From: Octopus bimaculoides
Lineage: Eukaryota
Assembly: GCF_001194135.2 (NCBI RefSeq)
Contig: NC_069002.1
Coordinates: 244,994-280,358 of the forward strand
Reading direction: 5' to 3'
DNA length: 35,365 nt
Shown: positions 32,301 to 35,365 of the stretch, one piece after another
Position numbering within the stretch: the stretch's first letter is position 1
Layout: the number at the start of each line of letters is the position of its first letter
Program-made: the position numbers and the translations under genes
The notes under the pieces: generated by a model
Told to the model about the DNA's origin: nothing
Seen by the model: only the letters and a program-made list of their open reading frames with translations
The model's database searches: none

Positions 32301-34963
32301 AATTACAGCAGATGAGACAAAATATGCAAAGTAAGATCAATCGACGAGCAATGACACCAGATCCATATTCTGGAACGAAATATAACTCGAATGTTCACAA
32401 CCATCGACGTCACAGCTTTGCTGGAAATAATGGTGAAAACTATGAACGTTCATGGCAATATGGACGTAGAGCACATGGAATTCCAGATGACCGAAGCCTA
32501 ACACAGTGGAGGAATCAAAACCAAAACAGGTCGTCAGCATCAATGTATCATATATATCCAGATTTTGGCTATAGTACTCTTCCTACCAGGTATCCTACTT
32601 ATGTAGACTCTTGGCCAAACAGATACTCCAAAAAGATCAGTGACTCTGTTCTTGTACATAGACCTTATCAAGGTTACCAGTATCTTCAACAATATCCTTA
32701 CTATTTGCCTCAGTATAACCGACATTTAGCCAGAAGCCACTTGAGACGTAATGTTCCAATGAGAAGAAGTGCAACAGCACAATGGTTGTAGATGAAGAAT
32801 GAGAGCTCTGGGTTTTAATGCTAACCGTAATAAAAATTATAAAGAATTTAGTTCACCTTTTTCATACCAACCTGCCTCAAACTGCTTCTGGTTTTGTCAA
32901 CGATAAATCAATATTTTAAAATTCATATTTCAATTAGAATTGATTGCCACGATTTTACTGAAGAATCTTAATGTCAAGTTATGTCCCAAACACTGGTTTA
33001 ATATAGTGTAGTGAAACCTCTCTCTCGGGCATTCAATCACAAATGATAACGAAGCGGCTAACATCTAGCCTTCGGCTGCCTTGGACCCTTGTGTCCACCA
33101 CCCTGATTGGTTCTCATTTGCGCTGCAATCATCACCAGTTCTGTTTCGTGCCAGGGTGCATACAGTCCAATCGTGGTCTTCTAATAAGGTCACGTGAGAG
33201 AGTTTTTTCTGCCTGTTTTCTGGAGTCCCCTGTTCGTCTATAAATAAGCTTGTTTGAACTCGCCAGTCGTCGTGATTTCAGTCCTCTCACAGCTCTGGTC
33301 GCTGACCACATACAGAACACAGCTCCAGCCAGTTTCCAGTGACGACGTCTTCACCACCAATGTACTATCTACCACAATGTCGTCGCCAGCAACACCACTA
33401 CCAGAGTACAAACCACCATCAACAAATAAAGAAAATTGTCAATAACAACTCACTGCCAATGTTGTGTTTTCATTTCCCAAATCTTTCACTTTCCGAAGAT
33501 CTTTGCTCGTCAAATATTTCTGAAACATTATAAAGGATACATAAATGTCTTTTACTCAGATTATGATAACAAATGCTTATTATTATTATCATTCAGTAAT
33601 CTTATTTTTATCACGTGCTTTCACTACACTACCGAGCACAGCTCTGTGTGCCTTGGGTATGTGCTGTGGTTTGTTGTGATGCTCTTATTTTTACCCTGAC
33701 TACTTCTGCTCATGATCAGAGATGCACATATCATCAGCCACCAAGGGACATGCTCAACTGGTTAAGGTCAAGCAACTGACAAGCAAATCTGTGGTATTGA
33801 ACAGAATATTTGCTGTAGTCCCATCTTTTTATTTCAAGACAAAACAATGTACATGATAACACTTCCAGTCAGTTAAGATCAGAAGCCATGAGAGCCACTG
33901 CCTTACGTTTTGTGTATCTAACAGTTAGATATTAAATGGTTCAGATATTTCAGTTAGGGAACAATCAACAAAACAGAAGCATACATGATTATAAAAGAAT
34001 TAAATAAATAAATATACTAACCGTTCCTTGCTTTAGGACAATTGTCTGGACAGAACCCGCTGGAGTTGATAAGACAGTGTTTAAAAAATCAATGCCACTG
34101 TCTTGTAGGATATGAGAAATATCATTCAGCTAGATGAATGAAAATTCAATTAGACAAAAATAAAAACATATAATTTGATAACAATATTTATTTTTTTACA
34201 TACTAAAGTTTAATTTTGGCTAATTCTAAATTGTAAAATGTTAGGATCTGTTTGGGTTAAATCATAGTTTAAACACCAAAAATCAGTGAAAAGTAAAAAA
34301 TTTTTTTCATTTTTGCATCTGGTTTACAAGATTCTTGATGTGGATTCATGTATTGAAACAAATTTTGTTGTGTGTAGGGAGAGTCATTATGCCAATATAA
34401 TTAACACTCACACTCGTTCAATTCTACTCCAACAAATGAAACAATCAATTAGTTAAGTGGATGGATATTTAACTAATTGACTAATAATAAAGGAATGGAA
34501 TTGAACCAGTGTGTGTGTTATCAATATTGGCACAATGACTCTCCCAAGACACACCAGAATGATAAATTTGTTATTTTTGATTTTCCTTATTTTTCACTGT
34601 TTTAATATCCTCTTTCCCATGCTTACATGCATCACGTAGAAAAATCTAAATCTATTGTATCAATCTTTTTTGCTGAACCGCTAAGTTATGGGAACATATA
34701 CACGCCAACACCAGTTGTCAAATGGTGGTAGGGAACAACCACAGACACACAGACACGCATAGTAAAACGTTTCAACTTACTTCCATACCGAATCGAGTGT
34801 CAGGTTTGTCTGAACCAAAACATTTCAAGGCTTGGTGGTGGGGCATACGAGGAAAAGGTGTGCAGAGTTTATGTTGTTTGGAATCAGGCCAGGAAGCTGC
34901 CAACATATCTTCTGTGAGAGAAAGAATACCATCCATGTCGACAAAAGACATTTCTAAATCAAC
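21596..34963 (-). CDS. DARS2: Mitochondrial aspartyl-tRNA synthetase, 5'-partial (continues beyond window); complement(join(34963..34781,34129..34022,25368..25216,25070..25016,24147..24067,23762..23683,23326..23216,22322..22247,21759..21596)), C-terminal 336 aa
   Basis: Nine GT-AG exons in frame: VDLEMSF...[13 protein letters not shown] / LNDISH...QGT / GLTII...[14 protein letters not shown] / [12 protein letters not shown] / [12 protein letters not shown] / [11 protein letters not shown] / [21 protein letters not shown] / [14 protein letters not shown] / LDRL...[11 protein letters not shown]. Contains bacterial-type/mitochondrial AspRS motif 3 and the GAD insertion. Confidence 0.95.
22535..22712 (-). 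mobile_element. Family-A tRNA SINE, well preserved
   Basis: Reverse complement reads GGTGGCGAGCTGGCGG...TTAGCACGCCGGGCGAAATGCTTAGC...CTGAGTTCAAATTCTGCCGAGGTTGACTTTGCCTTTCATCC. Confidence 0.8.
24245..24810 (+). mobile_element. 5'-truncated RTE LINE 3' end with (ATG)n tail
   Basis: Near-identical to 16600-16745 (GGAAGGAGTAGACCCAGGAA...GATCTT.AGACATTGG.CCTCACTGA), followed by the 3' UTR and an ATGATGATG tail. Confidence 0.75.
24829..24838. other. Assembly gap (10 N) in a TA microsatellite
   Basis: Run of N. Confidence 1.
25354..25418. repeat. Perfect 31-bp tandem duplication spanning a DARS2 intron/exon boundary
   Basis: AATGATGGTTAATCCCTGGAATAGATAATCA occurs at 25354-25384 and 25385-25415, followed by AAT. 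Confidence 0.95.
26460..26540. repeat. (GCT)n(ACT)n trinucleotide repeat
   Basis: Direct inspection. Confidence 0.9.
27102..27378 (-). pseudogene. Degraded DDE transposase fragment, Chapaev3-like (CMC group)
   Basis: Minus strand reads [55 protein letters not shown], then after a frameshift ...[12 protein letters not shown]. This matches the recalled family pattern LPPLHIKLGLMKxFVKAxD...FxYLxxKF..LSxAKLKEGIFxGPQIR...VxNFLGNHK. Transposase origin is clear; the family name is from memory. Confidence 0.7.
27845..28041 (+). other. Probable non-coding first exon of the nested LRR gene (5' boundary approximate)
   Basis: Strong donor AAAAT|GTGAGT at 28041/28042 on +, a (CAG)n-containing leader-like sequence, and an otherwise unpaired + strand acceptor at 29923 upstream of the LRR ATG. 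Confidence 0.45.
28623..28804. mobile_element. piggyBac-type MITE
   Basis: TIRs CCCTTTAGCATT...AATGCTAAAGGG flanked by TTAA (28619-28622) and TTAG (28805-28808). Confidence 0.7.
28808..29220 (+). mobile_element. Two tandem family-A SINEs
   Basis: Heads GGCAGCGAGCTGGCAGAATC (28808) and GCAAGCTGGCAGCACC (~29050), each with the shared body, separated by an (ATT)n tail. Confidence 0.75.
29939..32791 (+). CDS. Intronless leucine-rich-repeat single-pass membrane receptor (TLR-like ectodomain, no TIR domain), 950 aa, nested antisense in a DARS2 intron
   Basis: Open 2853-nt frame. True start is likely ATG 29939, just after a polypyrimidine tract and AG at 29922-29923; the 87 extra N-terminal codons of the track ORF are intron/SINE. 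Signal peptide [14 protein letters not shown]..., LRRNT CPAICKC, ~23-24 LxxLxLxxN repeats, LRRCT NPYVCDC...YAC...FEC, TM helix 31973-32044, ~248-aa cytoplasmic tail, AATAAA at 32829-32834. Confidence 0.93.
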   Translation: MKLVYIYYVFVVFSIRQGQLLIGATTQNCPAICKCTQKPTVAWCREIPTNMTNFTSTLTELHLTNINLGPTLSQNFPPMPKLELLDLSKNGIYLLGSKILHHLPNLKTLILKENMVSTLAPSFFEQNTKLEYLDLSKNKFSALPDHCMKYLRKLKVFNISYNILTSPSLMLGFQQTKNLQVIDYSQNKFHYFAPDTFLFSDQWNRGIGRHINLSYCNIKNIYPKVFENFPDLVSLSLSGNPLILRENLTLLLANIQNSSSLKKLDLSFLNYPTITSAFADLQQITIKELDLSGNKIDSIEAISLQYLSTLHIFKVNRNKLKTLNGLVRLGNLRYLDISYNQINKLHIDYVKTFFKMEHFIGHHNKLLTVSREELLEWKGLRYLDISHNKLEMLNLPMVSSLETLYVSHNKLRSLLFPVGTMALKTIDASNNKLTSMVPFQFSGMQHIHLVNYSCNDITMIHEQTFKGYTPKKIDLSGNKITKLDHYGWEFATEVYLRNNPLKKISIQAFYHMFSLEILDLGHNKIKEIVPGTFKHLKNLTTLLLSDNDFGSNTDFGRVFNPLLQLKHLDLSANALTVLNNASLKKNPNLKSIYLTFNNLTKISPAMFSAIAKLERIDFSLNPYVCDCSLLPLRDWLRKTSAELHNVHVKRAYACNNPPSRKGINIWDFEVENFECHKNLLYLIIFGSFTIFVVVSITILAIARYIHEKCKQRRIAKNFKMLNRYTIDWVQSRDQINPLLTENLKKKSPSVCKEEQPKLKDKLPQENPTEAEQVKKENGKENIYVNCQELQQMRQNMQSKINRRAMTPDPYSGTKYNSNVHNHRRHSFAGNNGENYERSWQYGRRAHGIPDDRSLTQWRNQNQNRSSASMYHIYPDFGYSTLPTRYPTYVDSWPNRYSKKISDSVLVHRPYQGYQYLQQYPYYLPQYNRHLARSHLRRNVPMRRSATAQWL
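33007..33628 (+). mobile_element. Probable solo LTR (Gypsy-like), 622 bp; alternative reading is a TA-flanked TIR element 33006-33629
   Basis: Perfect inverted termini TGTAGTGAAA...TTTCACTACA (TG...CA). In LTR order: CCAAT-like boxes (~33104, ~33167), E-box TCACGTGA (33190), TATAAATA (33239-33246), AATAAA (33425-33430). No adjacent PBS/PPT; no clean 4-5-bp TSD. Confidence 0.55.
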
Positions 34964-35075
34964 CTGTATTAAATAAGAAATTGGAAAAAATTAAATTAAC
35001 AAAGTCACATTTTGTTTTTTTTTGTTTTTATTCAGACACTTTTGTTTCTCATTATTGATCTTTCTATTAATTTCA

Positions 35076-35365
35076 AGTTTTGGTACAAGACCAGCCATTT
35101 TGGGGGAGCGGGGTAAGTTACATTGACCCCAGTATTTGACTGTACTTATTTTATCAACCCCAAAAGGATGAAAGGCAAAGCTGACCTCAGTGGAATTTGA
35201 ACTCAGAATGTCATGACAAACAAAATGCCACTAAGCATTTTGTCTGGCATGCTAACAATTCTGCCAGTTCACTGCCTTCCTAATAATAATGGTTTCAAGT
35301 TTTGGCACAGGGCCCGCCATTTCAGGGGCAGGAGGGGCATAGGGGTAAGTTGATTCCATCGACCC
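35076..35365 (-). mobile_element. Family-A SINE plus a partial second copy at the window edge
   Basis: AAAGGATGAAAGGCAAAG.TGACCTC...GGAATTTGAACTCAGAA...CTAAGCATTT...TTCTGCCAGTTCACTGCC is the reverse complement of the family-A body and head. Confidence 0.75.

Noticed and set aside
33907-33917. 11-nt DARS2 microexon candidate ATACACAAAAC
   Set aside because: Its donor is partly created by an adjacent repeat end, and it would shift the frame with no compensating exon found.

Overview
AT-rich, microsatellite- and SINE-dense eukaryotic DNA from a draft assembly (two N gaps inside TA repeats). The repeat families look like those of coleoid cephalopods, most likely Octopus (inference from recognised repeats, not a database search). 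Four protein-coding genes can be built by hand from GT-AG exons. (1) DPM2 on +, four coding exons 8046-9825, 85 aa. (2) DNAAF5/HEATR2 on -, ten coding exons 19556-10356, 829 aa, tail-to-tail with DPM2. (3) The 3' half of mitochondrial aspartyl-tRNA synthetase DARS2 on -, nine exons 34963-21596; the gene enters from beyond the right edge. (4) An intronless 950-aa LRR single-pass receptor on + (29939-32791), nested antisense in an 8.6-kb DARS2 intron. It has a TLR-sized ectodomain (~23-24 LRRs) but no TIR domain, and a Tyr-rich tail instead. The same DARS2 intron also holds a probable solo LTR, a Chapaev3-like transposase relic and a piggyBac-type MITE. It ends in a 31-bp tandem duplication that doubles the splice acceptor (the upstream copy leads straight to a stop codon), and the 63-nt exon expected there could not be found. 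A possible fifth, unidentified gene runs leftwards from about 3.9 kb. Most short ORFs in the supplied track are microsatellite, SINE or antisense artefacts. No prokaryote-type system (CRISPR, operon) is present.
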